Source: Bdellovibrionales bacterium (lineage in GTDB: Bacteria; Bdellovibrionota; Bdellovibrionia; Bdellovibrionales; UBA1609). Taken from it: a stretch of 64,000 bases of DNA. This document shows positions 28,842 through 39,042 of this stretch, in pieces. Below the pieces are notes generated by a model. It had not been told where the DNA came from. It made no database searches and worked only from the letters and a program-made list of their open reading frames with translations. Numbering within the stretch: the stretch's first letter is position 1; every line of letters begins with the position of its first letter. The stretch covers positions 192,001 through 256,000 of the forward strand of contig CBDHDF010000010.1 of assembly GCA_965261545.1 (NCBI GenBank), read 5' to 3'. The translations under genes and the position numbers were made by a program.

Positions 28842-29976
28842 AGTTTAATACCTCCTGATAATCAATAAGACTGTTTTGGGCCTTTGAGACGTACTCGTCA
28901 AGAAGGCTCTTTTTGGGTTTCAATGATTTGGCCAATTCAAATTTTGTAAGATATTCCATAATGGGGATTCTCCCCACAACTCCCTTTTTGCACCTTTGGC
29001 ATCCCTTGGAGTTTATTTGTCGGAAGTCTCCTTGTAAGTTGAGGTGAGCAAGGGCATGGATTTTTCTCATATCTTGGGAGGTCACCTTATTTGAACAAAA
29101 GGGACAGATTTTTTTCACAAGTCGTTGAACCGCACAGAACCTCAAGTTGGATTCAATCATGTAGGGTTCCACTCCCATATTTCGTAGGCGTTCAATGACT
29201 TTCACCGCACTGTTGGCATGAAGGGTGGAAATCACCAGGTGCCCGGTGGCTGAAGCTTTAAAGCAAAGGTCTGCGGTTTCCCAATCTCGTATTTCGCCAA
29301 CAAAAATAATATCAGGGTCTTGACGGAGCACGGCTCTCAATCCATCGGCAAAAGACAGGGAGTCTTTAATTTCAATCTGATTGATTCCTTGAAAGCTATA
29401 TTCCACAGGGTCTTCCAGTGAGACGATGTTCTTTCGTTCTTTGTCAAGGGAGTTGAGGAGGCTGAAAAGTGTTCTTGTTTTTCCGCTTCCTGTGGGTCCA
29501 GAAACAAGAATCACTCCATTGGGCTCATTGGCTGAGTTTCTAAGGTCAAAGACAGCATCATCACTGAGGTTGGATGACTCCAGATTAAAATCCGTTGTCA
29601 TATCAAGAAGGCGAAGAACAATCTTCTCCCCATACAGTGTGGGGGTGGAGTTGACTCTCAAGGCTAATTTCCATGAAGGAAGTGACAAACGGCTGTCTTG
29701 TGGTCTATTGCTAATAGCAATAGACAGGTTACAAAGCCTTTTGGTCTCCTGAATGAAGCTTTGCCGATAATCTCTGGTGAGGGTCTTGTGAGTAAAGAGG
29801 TCACCATTGACTCTTATTCTTATGGCAAGCCCATTGGCATGGGGCTCAATATGAATATCACTTGCAGATTGCTTTTGGGCATATTGCAAGGTCTCTCGGA
29901 AAAATGAAGTGTAAGGCCCACAGTTGGCCATTTTTTCTTCACTGGTTTGTTTGTGTTCTATTGTGATTTGACTCAT
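28834..29976 (-). CDS. PilB/GspE-family secretion ATPase
   Basis: ASDIHIEP, PQD, GEKIVLRLL, GPTGSGKT, SLEDPVEY, LRQDPD..FVGEIRD, TGHLVISTLH and a tetra-Cys motif (CPFC...CQRC). Confidence 0.93.
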   Translation of the reverse strand: MSQITIEHKQTSEEKMANCGPYTSFFRETLQYAQKQSASDIHIEPHANGLAIRIRVNGDLFTHKTLTRDYRQSFIQETKRLCNLSIAISNRPQDSRLSLPSWKLALRVNSTPTLYGEKIVLRLLDMTTDFNLESSNLSDDAVFDLRNSANEPNGVILVSGPTGSGKTRTLFSLLNSLDKERKNIVSLEDPVEYSFQGINQIEIKDSLSFADGLRAVLRQDPDIIFVGEIRDWETADLCFKASATGHLVISTLHANSAVKVIERLRNMGVEPYMIESNLRFCAVQRLVKKICPFCSNKVTSQDMRKIHALAHLNLQGDFRQINSKGCQRCKKGVVGRIPIMEYLTKFELAKSLKPKKSLLDEYVSKAQNSLIDYQEVLNCE

Positions 29977-29977
29977 C

Positions 29978-30580
29978 TTATTTTCCTAGTCCTTGGCAGG
30001 TGGGTTTCATGGCGGCAATAACTGCTTTTGAAATTGCAATATGGGCGATATCACGAACGCAACTGACAGGCTTGTAAATGACAAATAAATATCCTGTTAA
30101 ACGGCCTCCCATAAGACGTCCTATTTCTCTCACATTTTTAATGGTGTCGAGGAGGGCAATGTTTTGTCCCTCACGAAAGCAAGAACTTGACCCCGGACTC
30201 ACCATCTGCCAGGTTTCCCCAAAGCTTGAGGGTGTGGCCATAAAGACTTCTGATGAAATCGACTTCATCCGTGAAGCGATCATCAAGGCCCCGGTGAGAG
30301 TGGCAGGCCCGTTGTAGCTGCCCATTCTTGGGTAAAAAATTCCCCAACCATTGCAGGCAGAATGGCTGGAGGGCGGAAAGATGGGAAGCTGGGGAAGCTT
30401 CACACTGCACATGGGAGAATCGGGGGCATAAGAAGCATCCGTCCCTCCTGTTGCCGAAGTCATGGCCCCTTTGATAAGGCAAGCTTTGGGAGAGAGCGAC
30501 CAAGCAAGAAAATTTGGTTGGAAGCTGTCGCTGATCCCAGTGGACCAGTGCTTATGAATATGCTCGCTCATTCCATCAAA
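29978..30580 (-). CDS. TraU-like domain, C-terminal portion (continues from the T4CP ORF across a 1-nt frameshift)
   Basis: GWGIFYPRMG, WQMVSP..SSCF and YKPVSC motifs of TraU/PFGI-type proteins. Confidence 0.7.
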   Translation of the reverse strand, partial: FDGMSEHIHKHWSTGISDSFQPNFLAWSLSPKACLIKGAMTSATGGTDASYAPDSPMCSVKLPQLPIFPPSSHSACNGWGIFYPRMGSYNGPATLTGALMIASRMKSISSEVFMATPSSFGETWQMVSPGSSSCFREGQNIALLDTIKNVREIGRLMGGRLTGYLFVIYKPVSCVRDIAHIAISKAVIAAMKPTCQGLGK

Positions 30581-33326
30581 AGCACAGCTTGGGAATCCGA
30601 ATTCCACCACAGGGAAGTATGCCAAATGGAATCTGAGCGAGGGGCACGGAGAGAGTTCTGGCATGATAGGATTGGGTGTCTTCATCGTTGGCCACTCCAA
30701 AGGGAGCAAGAGTTTTCACAGTGGACAACTGGAGGGCTGCGCCTGGGAGCTTGTGGAAATGTGAGTGACCTGCACGGGGTGAGACTTCAATAAAAGTTTG
30801 AGGGACATTGTAGCTGAAGCGAACACAGGGGCGTGGTGGAAAACCACACATTGTCATTGAGTATCTGAAGTTTAGGCAAGAGTTAAATTCCACAGTATTG
30901 ACGATCGAGCAGATATTGGGGAAAGCTTGGGCCTTGTGAGTCAATGCCAGAGGAGTTATGAGAGTCACAAGAGTCAGGCATATGGTGAAAAGATGCATGG
31001 TATGTAGGGCTGGTGGGGCCAAATATGTGGCCAAAGCCAACCATGTGGTAGCGTTGGCCCGCCCGTTCAGCTTGGTGTTGGCATTGGACTTTTTAAAGCC
31101 CTCAAAGAACTTTTTGAAAGAAGGCCGGAGAGGCTTTTTTTGAAGCCACTTAAGGACTTTTGTGTGCTTGGTGTTTTTCTTTTTGAGAAAATAGGGTTTT
31201 AAGAAAAGTTTATAGAAGTTGGTTTCTATGCCATCATACACTTGCACAAAGGCTTCAAAGGACTTGAGCCTTGAAAAGTCCTTTCCTGTGATGAGGAATT
31301 CCTTTTGTTGGCTGGTACTGATGGATTCGTTAATATTGGCATCCTTTGAGTCAAAGCCACCGAGAATGAAGTTCCGAGTGGTCCTTTGAGATTGCTCAGA
31401 AAGGCTGCGACTGGTTTTCTCCTGATCCTCTTGGCCCATCAATTCTTTAAAGTTACGAATGGTGTCAATGTCGGAAGAATGACAGGCAATCCTTGTACGA
31501 AAGTTTTGGATCAGTTCCTTGGCTGCTGTCTCACTGCCAATGGCATTGTAAATGGAGCTTAGGCTCTGGGAGGCTGCGAGAAAGAAGAAATTGGCTTCAC
31601 GACCCTTGGCACATATTTTATCATCACCCATGGAGCCTCCATAACCCACGGAGACGATATCTTGGTACTCATCAGCGATCAGGGCTGCCAGAATATTTCT
31701 GGGGCGGCTGGTGTCTTTTAGGCGGTTTAATACAGACCTCTCATAGTGGAGCTTAATAAAAGTGCCCATGGAGCGGCAAAGGGCCTCATGGTTTACATTG
31801 AAAAGAAGAACTTTTCCATTATCAACAATCTCATCCATGGATGGGATCGTGAGGTCTTCTTTTTTGGGACAGAAGATTTGAGCCGCCTTGTAGTTCTGGA
31901 ATTGATTGAGAAATGTGGTGGAACTCACCAAAACGCCAGACCTGAACTTGTCTTCAAAGAGTGAGTATTCCTTGAAATATTGGAGGGCGCACTGGATGTT
32001 GTATCTTTCCTCCTCATCAAAGCGGTTCTTGTCCAAAGATGCTTTTAGATTTTCCCTGATTTCTTTTGAGTCTGCGATGAGCATAGTTTTGTAGCAATCA
32101 AGCAAGGTGAAATAATCAAATACGGCGGTACAGTAGACAATGACATTTTTTGTAAGGTTGAAAGCGGAGTCCTCCCAAATGGGTGACTCATTGGATTTTC
32201 CTGAAAAGTTCTTTGCCGCAGCCCGTATCATATTGGCAACTTCCAGATAGTTTGAATTTTTCAAGGTGTTGTCAATATAGACGGGGTTAAATGTTTGCAT
32301 GATGTGTGTGGGTGGTATGGTGTCCATGGCTTGTGTGGATGTGGGGTGTGGATTCTTGGGCACAGAATTTAATGTTTGTACGGGGTTCACAGGTATGGGT
32401 ACTAATGTTTGCATAGACTCCCCTACTACGGAACCATGGGGGGCTTTGATATCTCCAAGGTAAACGCACTGATCTTCCAGGTCATGTTTTTGAAGTATTT
32501 TGGAAGCCTTTTCAATAAAACTGCCCTTGGGGTCGAGTATCAAGGCGGCTGGTTTGTGTGAAAATTGGGTAAAGAGTTGGTCGACATAGTTCAAGATGGT
32601 TCCTTGTGTTTTTCCAGTCCCTATGGAACCTGTGACTAAAATATTTCCATTCAATGCTTTTTGGGGAATAGTGAGCCACTTCGGACGCTCCGTTTTGTCA
32701 AATGCGTCTGTCTCCTCTCCAATAGAGCCTAAAGTGAGGCCATCCCTAAAGCGTGATTTTCTGGGCAGTGTTTTATCGAGCTTAAGGAACCTTTGGGTTA
32801 TTAATAAAATAGAAATTGATCCATACAAGACAATGCTTAAGGATAGTAAGAATGAGCCATTAAGAAATATGCTAAGATATTGAAGCATTCTCTGAGAAAA
32901 AATATCCCCATAGGATGAGAGGCTATGTGTTGTATATAGCTCAAATGGCACCCAAAATAGGCCGGCCAACAGTAGGCAAAGCAGAGTCTTTGAAAAAACT
33001 TCTTTTCCATTCATTTTTTCCTTTTTGATGCTTCGCAAACGACTCCCTTGCTTCTTATAGCCCAAGACTCTTTCAAGGATGAGTGTCATCATCAGGGCAT
33101 TGGCTGAGACAGAAGCCAAGCCTATGAGGAGAAAGTCTTGTGTCTCACCAAAAGCCTTTTCAAGGTGAATCCAGTGCAACACAATGGACTCATAGTGACT
33201 CAAGCCAAAAAGTGTTAGGAGAACAAGGGCGAGAAGGCCAATGGCTGCTAGGGGAGAAATGTCATCTTTTTTCATTTGTGACCTCTTGTGTGAGACTTGT
33301 GAGATTGCATGTTCTTTGTAAAGCAT
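30576..33326 (-). CDS. Type IV coupling protein (TraD/VirD4-like) read in-frame into a TraU-like N-terminal half
   Basis: N-terminal TMs, GSIGTGKT, LILDPKG, IADEYQ, ASQSLS; then a hydrophobic segment and Cys-rich FPNICS...PRPCVRFSY..PQTFIEV. Confidence 0.85.
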   Translation of the reverse strand: MLYKEHAISQVSHKRSQMKKDDISPLAAIGLLALVLLTLFGLSHYESIVLHWIHLEKAFGETQDFLLIGLASVSANALMMTLILERVLGYKKQGSRLRSIKKEKMNGKEVFSKTLLCLLLAGLFWVPFELYTTHSLSSYGDIFSQRMLQYLSIFLNGSFLLSLSIVLYGSISILLITQRFLKLDKTLPRKSRFRDGLTLGSIGEETDAFDKTERPKWLTIPQKALNGNILVTGSIGTGKTQGTILNYVDQLFTQFSHKPAALILDPKGSFIEKASKILQKHDLEDQCVYLGDIKAPHGSVVGESMQTLVPIPVNPVQTLNSVPKNPHPTSTQAMDTIPPTHIMQTFNPVYIDNTLKNSNYLEVANMIRAAAKNFSGKSNESPIWEDSAFNLTKNVIVYCTAVFDYFTLLDCYKTMLIADSKEIRENLKASLDKNRFDEEERYNIQCALQYFKEYSLFEDKFRSGVLVSSTTFLNQFQNYKAAQIFCPKKEDLTIPSMDEIVDNGKVLLFNVNHEALCRSMGTFIKLHYERSVLNRLKDTSRPRNILAALIADEYQDIVSVGYGGSMGDDKICAKGREANFFFLAASQSLSSIYNAIGSETAAKELIQNFRTRIACHSSDIDTIRNFKELMGQEDQEKTSRSLSEQSQRTTRNFILGGFDSKDANINESISTSQQKEFLITGKDFSRLKSFEAFVQVYDGIETNFYKLFLKPYFLKKKNTKHTKVLKWLQKKPLRPSFKKFFEGFKKSNANTKLNGRANATTWLALATYLAPPALHTMHLFTICLTLVTLITPLALTHKAQAFPNICSIVNTVEFNSCLNFRYSMTMCGFPPRPCVRFSYNVPQTFIEVSPRAGHSHFHKLPGAALQLSTVKTLAPFGVANDEDTQSYHARTLSVPLAQIPFGILPCGGIRIPKLCF

Positions 33327-33490
33327 CGCTCTTTCAGGTTGAACTCAATATTGGCACAGCTCCCATCATGGACCTGAATCACAAAGCTCCCGTACTTCAT
33401 AGGGAGGTATGTTTTCTTGGACACATATGCAATGAGCCTCTCAACGGCTTCTTTGATGATTATTTCGTCTTTCACATTTTCTAAATTCAT
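33272..33490 (-). CDS. Small YezD/DUF2292-like protein
   Basis: KYGSFVIQVHDGSCANIE resembles the FG-S-x-I-x-VHDG motif of DUF2292. Confidence 0.5.
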   Translation of the reverse strand: MNLENVKDEIIIKEAVERLIAYVSKKTYLPMKYGSFVIQVHDGSCANIEFNLKERCFTKNMQSHKSHTRGHK

Positions 33491-33807
33491 TTGATGGACT
33501 CCTTCTTTATTCCTGATGAGATGGTAAAAACAGAATCATAGTAAGCATCATCTGCCTCCTGAGAATATTCCTCAATAAGAACTGGGTTCTCCAAGAGAAT
33601 TTCCTCCTGATTGATCTCAAGGGTTTTTAGATAGTCCTCCCAGTCTGAGGAATCCCATTGCTTACAAGATATCTTAATTTCTTCTTCTGACTTCAGTATC
33701 CTACCGGACTTCAAGCAAGGTTTTTTGTTCTTCATTTTGCTTACCTCCCTACTAATAGTGTTTTTTTCAACCGTTTCAACCGGTTGAAAACGCCTATTTT
33801 TTGACAA
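33487..33807 (-). CDS. Hypothetical protein, probable first gene of the tra operon
   Basis: ORF overlaps the next gene by ATGA. A likely start at MKNKK follows a GGAGG RBS. Confidence 0.5.
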   Translation of the reverse strand: MSKNRRFQPVETVEKNTISREVSKMKNKKPCLKSGRILKSEEEIKISCKQWDSSDWEDYLKTLEINQEEILLENPVLIEEYSQEADDAYYDSVFTISSGIKKESIK

Positions 33808-34172
33808 AAATAATTCAAGTTTTTTTCTAAGTTACTGGAATTTATGGAAAATAATTTTTCATTGGATTTTTCTAAAAAAAATAAATTTTTATTTTTTCGG
33901 AAAAATAAATGATTTTTGAGATGATTTTTCAGATTTGTATGTATGTTGTATGAGTGAGGCTGAATGACCTCTAGGAGGTTTTCATTCCTCTCAAGATTAT
34001 TTTTTTGTATACCAAACACAAATGTGTTTTTGTGATTTTTCACGCTCTAGATCCCTTCATGTAATATCTACAAATATGAATCAACTGGATTATGTTTTAT
34101 TTAAGTTCCTATTCTTTCACACCCTTTGATAAAAACTAAAAGCAAGAAAGTGTTTACTTGGATTTTGAGTAT

Positions 34173-34188
34173 TGCTAAATCTGTGCCA
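34173..34188 (-). promoter_or_regulatory. Sigma54 (-24/-12) promoter motif facing the tra operon
   Basis: Minus strand reads TGGCACAGATTTAGCA, i.e. TGGCAC with exact GG-N10-GC spacing, in the intergenic region shared with a divergent sigma54 activator. Confidence 0.7.
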
Positions 34189-34420
34189 TAAATGAAAAAA
34201 CGATAAATAACCGTTTTTATTAGATAAATGAGGTGGCCATGAATTTATTACATCCTTCAAATTAATTATGAATTAATAATTTAGAACAAAAAAATTATTA
34301 AAAATTAAAATTAAATAAAAAATCTTTTAAAAAATGTTTGTTGTATGATATAAATACCAGAATGAATAATGTGAATCCAAAACATATAAAGTAAGAACTT
34401 GTCTTGATTGGAGGAGAGAA

Positions 34421-35953
34421 TTGAAGGAAGTATCCATACTCATCGTGGATGATAGTGAACCCACTCGACAAATTCATCAGCTCTTTATTGAAAAGCTCTT
34501 TGAGGATTCTTTTGCCTCAAAACCCATAGTGCGTCTCGCCGCCACGGCCACAGAGATGTTTCATTTTCTAAAGGATGAGAAATTTCACTTGATTCTCTTA
34601 GATTGGGATTTGGGAAAAGATGAAAATGGCAAAAAGGTGGATGGCATTGATTTGATCCCCGATATCATTGGGATGAGACCCAATGCCAAAATCTTTGTTG
34701 TCACCTCCTCCAATGATACTCGACTTGCAGTTCGAGCTATGAGGAATGGAGCTTTGGATTTTATAACCAAAGGTGATGGTCAGTATAAGAAAGAAAAGAT
34801 TCTCAAGGCTCTTGAATCCGTACTTGAAATTGAGTCTTTGCACGCAGGTCTCACCTCCACCACGACAGAGGGTTATATTTGCCAATCAGAGGCTATGAAG
34901 TTAGTGGACCTTCAACTTAGGACTTTATCTGAAGTGCATACTCCCGTTCTTATTCTAGGCGAGTCTGGGTTAGGAAAAACTCACGCCGCCAAACGGTTGA
35001 ACGAACTTTCCAAGAATTTTCATGGGCAAAGTCAAAGACCCTTTTTGCATGTAGATATCAATACTATCAACGAAAATCTGGTCGAATCTGAATTGTTTGG
35101 GCATGAAAAGGGGGCCTTTACAGGATCCACTCAAAGAAAACTGGGGCTATTTGACTTGGCCTCTGTTGGAGACATTCTTCTTGATGAAATTGGCGATGCT
35201 TCACCTAAAATGCAATCCAAACTTCTAAAAGTTATTGAGGAAAAAACCTTTAGGCGAGTGGGGGGAGAGAAAGATATTAAAACAAATGCTAGGATCATAT
35301 GTGCAACAAATAAAGATCTCAAAAACATGGTCGCTGAGAAGAAATTTAGAAGTGACCTTTACGCTCGCATATGCACAATTAAGATCAGTATGCCAGATCT
35401 TAAAGAGCGCAAGGAGGATATACCCTATATATGCGAAAGACTGGCTCAAGAATTAGGAGATATGCACAAAAAAATGATTTCATACAGTGATTTTCCACCA
35501 TCGCTCAAACAATATTTCTACAGAGGAAATATTCCCTTCAATATCCGTGGCATGAGGAGTGATATTGAGCGTCTTATAATATATTGTCCAAAAAATAGTA
35601 GAGGAAAAATTGACTATACGAAATGGAAGCATATTTTAGGATACTCATCAAAAGATATAAAACCTATAGAAGACGACATTGATTTAGAAAAAGTTGATAA
35701 TATTGTCTATCTTATGGATAGAATAGCCTCTCGTTTGTTGTCTGGAAAAGAAGAGAATGCAAGCCTTTACTCCCTTAAAGAGATGCTGGAAAAAAGAATA
35801 TTCATGGCCGCTAATGACAAATACAAAAAGAAGATGGACATTGCAGAGGCCATTGGCATACATAAATCAGCCGTATCTATTAAGATAAACAAGTATTTAA
35901 ATAGGCCCAAAGAACAAGGATCTGCAACGCCTTTACGGGAGAAAGAGGTATGA
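34421..35953 (+). CDS. NtrC-family sigma54-dependent response regulator (REC-AAA+-HTH)
   Basis: ILIVDD and LILLD receiver, GESGLGKT, ESELFGHEKGAFTGS, LLDEIG, RIICATN, FRSDLYAR, C-terminal HTH. Confidence 0.93.
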   Translation: MKEVSILIVDDSEPTRQIHQLFIEKLFEDSFASKPIVRLAATATEMFHFLKDEKFHLILLDWDLGKDENGKKVDGIDLIPDIIGMRPNAKIFVVTSSNDTRLAVRAMRNGALDFITKGDGQYKKEKILKALESVLEIESLHAGLTSTTTEGYICQSEAMKLVDLQLRTLSEVHTPVLILGESGLGKTHAAKRLNELSKNFHGQSQRPFLHVDINTINENLVESELFGHEKGAFTGSTQRKLGLFDLASVGDILLDEIGDASPKMQSKLLKVIEEKTFRRVGGEKDIKTNARIICATNKDLKNMVAEKKFRSDLYARICTIKISMPDLKERKEDIPYICERLAQELGDMHKKMISYSDFPPSLKQYFYRGNIPFNIRGMRSDIERLIIYCPKNSRGKIDYTKWKHILGYSSKDIKPIEDDIDLEKVDNIVYLMDRIASRLLSGKEENASLYSLKEMLEKRIFMAANDKYKKKMDIAEAIGIHKSAVSIKINKYLNRPKEQGSATPLREKEV

Positions 35954-38900
35954 ATATTGATATCATGAAGATAAATCAAATGGTTTATATAAAGATGATA
36001 ATATTAATGATCTTCACGGCTTTGGTGTCATCATGTTCTTTTGTGAAAGAAGAAACTGATAAGGGAGAGACTCATAAAGAAAACACCCATAGAATCCATG
36101 AAGTGGGAGAAGTGGAAAAGGCCATTGAAGAAATAGATATTTTTGATGCGGTGATGAAGGGGAATAATTATATTATGACGAAATTCTTAGAGTCAGAAAA
36201 CAAGGATATCAATTCTTATGACTCTCAAGGATATACGCCTTTGATGTATCTTGTAAGACTCAATAATGCCGTCATGGCGGAAAAATTTATTCATCATGGG
36301 GCACAAATTTATCAACCACATAAAATCAATAAGCATCAAACAGCTTTTTCTATGGTGGACAGAAGCAATGAAGACATGATTCGCCTTTTTGAATCAGAAT
36401 CTTTACGATATGCAAAGGTGGTTGAAGACCTTGTGGAAAATGGTTCCTATGGGAAAGCATTGAACGTGAGTAGGGACAACCACTTTCCCACAATCCTAAC
36501 TCTCCCTAGAAGCCAAAAAACAGCCCTCGAATGGATGTCCCATGTATACAGCCATCAAGGTATGGCCAAAGAGGATGAAGACTCTATAGAGTACGTGAGA
36601 TATCTCTTGGAAGGGGCCTCTCAAAATCCACAGTATTTACTTGAAAGCGAAAGACACTTTCAAAAGCTATCAAAAGCCATAGATCATACTCCCTTACTCC
36701 AAGACATGGAGGAAGTCTATCTCAATGGAGGAGTGGCATTAAAACAAATTTCTATTTTGGAAAAAGATATATCAGATATGAACTGGCTCCTGTTGAAGGT
36801 AAAAGTCACCAAGAAATATGGAACATTGAAGCTCGATCATTCCCATATTCATCTTTATGTGGATGCCATAAAATTTGCAATCAAATGGCAAGGAGTTAAA
36901 TCCAAAAAATCTAGAATACTGATAAAAGAAATACTGAAAAGTAAGGGTGATGATGAGGACAAGGTCAAGTTTCTAGATAAACTTTTTTCCTTATTTTTCT
37001 CCCTCGAAAAAGGTGATTATAAATACCTTCAAGAAGCTCAAGTTTTACTAAAAACTTGGAAGGCTTATCAATTGCCTCCATCCAAAGGACCGTTTGACCT
37101 CGCAATGCTTCAAGTCCTTCAATCTCTTAAAATAAATGAAAAAGTGGATTATAGGACAAACATTGTTGGAAGCCTTGTGGACCTATTGGTATCTTTTTAC
37201 CCAGATAACTCAAACAGGTCTAAAAAAAGCATAGAGTATATTATTGACAGTAATTTCATCCAAGAACAAAAGGCAAGGCTTCTTAATCTGCTAGCCTTAA
37301 AAACAAAAGAGATGCTTCCTCCTCATATTTTTTCCTATGCCATTAGAAAAGGAGGCCAAAGCTCTCTTGATTTGATTATTGATTCTAATATTTCATTTAG
37401 CCCTGAAGAGCAGCAAGAGTCTATTTTAACGGCAATTTCTGCTTCAACATCAGCTCTTGCAGCTCATAAATTGATTGCTTCTCTAAATAATCAAGGAATA
37501 AGAACAGATACTCCATATGGAGTGAAAGCCTTAAAAATAGCTTTCAAGAAGGTTTGGGAGAATGAGGAGTTTCAAGAGCCTCTTTTATCTTTATTGTTAT
37601 CAAACCCTTCTCCCATAAATTCAATGTCTGAAATTGAGGTCCTTGAGATTCTCAGTGGACATTTAGCATTTATTAAGAAGACCCACCGGGGTTTAAGCAT
37701 CATGGAACATACACTAAAAAAGCTACAAAGGGATTTACCTATATATCACAATAATATCCCGTCTCCAATTCAGTCAGGACTAAAGTCCATGAGAATCAGT
37801 TTTGTATGGGACTATATATTAACAATGCATGATATATACAAGGAGATAACGAGAGCATCAACACATCTCGGTGACTCCATTGAGTGGTTGCATGACCTTA
37901 ATCTCATCCATGACACCATCGGTTTATTGATCTCAAAATTTCCCCAAGAAGAGTTTTCTATGGTGTTTTTTGAAGAACATCCACCATTTACATTCAAAAG
38001 TCAGAATCGTGGTTTATTGGACAATATGCTTGCATTAAGCCTCATCTTGTCGGCCAATAAAGACTCTCTTTATAGTGCACTGTCTTCTGAAGATGCTAGA
38101 GATTATGAAATTCATATAGAGGGGTCTCCTTTAAAACTCTCATGGAAGGCTTTTGTTTCAGGTGATTTTTATAGAAGTTATGCTGACAATAAGAAATTTT
38201 GGGGCTCTGTCTCTAAGTCTCTTCTTGATTCTGGGAGACACTTTGCTTTAAAGCATGATAGAAGTTCGGTGGAATTTATAAAGATACTTATCTCAGACAA
38301 CCAACTGATCCAATACCCTCAATTGTCTCATATCATAAAGAATCAAAAGATCATCTTGCCTGTGGATCAAGAAAGCTGTGCTCTTGATAAGAGCAAAGTA
38401 GATGAAGTGAATCTTCCAGATATCAAGCACAGCGGCCCTCACCCCAATCCAAGTGTGGGTTATTCTTTGGCTACAGTGGAAGGCTTCTCACCTCGTTGGG
38501 CGAATTTAGGAACCATGGAAGCCTTAAGGCCCCTTAAAGAAAGAAGTTGCCTAGGGGAAAAGTTATCACAAGAAGAAACTCATTTTATAAGAAACTTTGT
38601 TCTTCTAGAAAAAGAAACTCTACTTTATCAGAGACCAGATATTCCTCATACGAGAAAATATGGAAAAGACCCTCGCTTGGCAGATATAAGCGGACAACAT
38701 GCTGTGGATTGCGACTCTTCTTCCATGGTCGAAGGGAGTCAAGTGGCATATTATTCACAAATAGGAAAGAGGCTTTCCCATTTGGAAATGATGGGGGCTA
38801 CAGAAGAAAGGGTGCAAAGTTTCATACCTCCCTATGGAAAATGTTATAAATATCTGCCGTCAAAATGGATGCGATCATCTGTGATGCGTTCGTTTCTGAG

Positions 38901-39042
38901 CTATTGGTATAAATGTGCTGAAGATGCCAAAAATGGGTCTTTGGTCTCAGTTTTTAAGGAGATACAAGAAGAAATAAATATTGCACCTCAAAAAGAGCCT
39001 ATGGACGCAGGAGTCTACACCTGCCGATGGAAGAGCTTATGA
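35950..39042 (+). CDS. Large lipoprotein with an N-terminal ankyrin repeat
   Basis: Lipobox LVSSC and DINSYDSQGYTPLMYLV...HHGA ankyrin; the remainder is helical and unrecognised. Overlaps both neighbouring genes. Confidence 0.7.
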   Translation: MNIDIMKINQMVYIKMIILMIFTALVSSCSFVKEETDKGETHKENTHRIHEVGEVEKAIEEIDIFDAVMKGNNYIMTKFLESENKDINSYDSQGYTPLMYLVRLNNAVMAEKFIHHGAQIYQPHKINKHQTAFSMVDRSNEDMIRLFESESLRYAKVVEDLVENGSYGKALNVSRDNHFPTILTLPRSQKTALEWMSHVYSHQGMAKEDEDSIEYVRYLLEGASQNPQYLLESERHFQKLSKAIDHTPLLQDMEEVYLNGGVALKQISILEKDISDMNWLLLKVKVTKKYGTLKLDHSHIHLYVDAIKFAIKWQGVKSKKSRILIKEILKSKGDDEDKVKFLDKLFSLFFSLEKGDYKYLQEAQVLLKTWKAYQLPPSKGPFDLAMLQVLQSLKINEKVDYRTNIVGSLVDLLVSFYPDNSNRSKKSIEYIIDSNFIQEQKARLLNLLALKTKEMLPPHIFSYAIRKGGQSSLDLIIDSNISFSPEEQQESILTAISASTSALAAHKLIASLNNQGIRTDTPYGVKALKIAFKKVWENEEFQEPLLSLLLSNPSPINSMSEIEVLEILSGHLAFIKKTHRGLSIMEHTLKKLQRDLPIYHNNIPSPIQSGLKSMRISFVWDYILTMHDIYKEITRASTHLGDSIEWLHDLNLIHDTIGLLISKFPQEEFSMVFFEEHPPFTFKSQNRGLLDNMLALSLILSANKDSLYSALSSEDARDYEIHIEGSPLKLSWKAFVSGDFYRSYADNKKFWGSVSKSLLDSGRHFALKHDRSSVEFIKILISDNQLIQYPQLSHIIKNQKIILPVDQESCALDKSKVDEVNLPDIKHSGPHPNPSVGYSLATVEGFSPRWANLGTMEALRPLKERSCLGEKLSQEETHFIRNFVLLEKETLLYQRPDIPHTRKYGKDPRLADISGQHAVDCDSSSMVEGSQVAYYSQIGKRLSHLEMMGATEERVQSFIPPYGKCYKYLPSKWMRSSVMRSFLSYWYKCAEDAKNGSLVSVFKEIQEEINIAPQKEPMDAGVYTCRWKSL

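Noticed and set aside
33741..34043. 100-aa ORF upstream of the tra operon
   Set aside because: Low-complexity Lys/Asn/Phe translation of an AT-rich tract with no RBS or motif; more likely leader or regulatory DNA.
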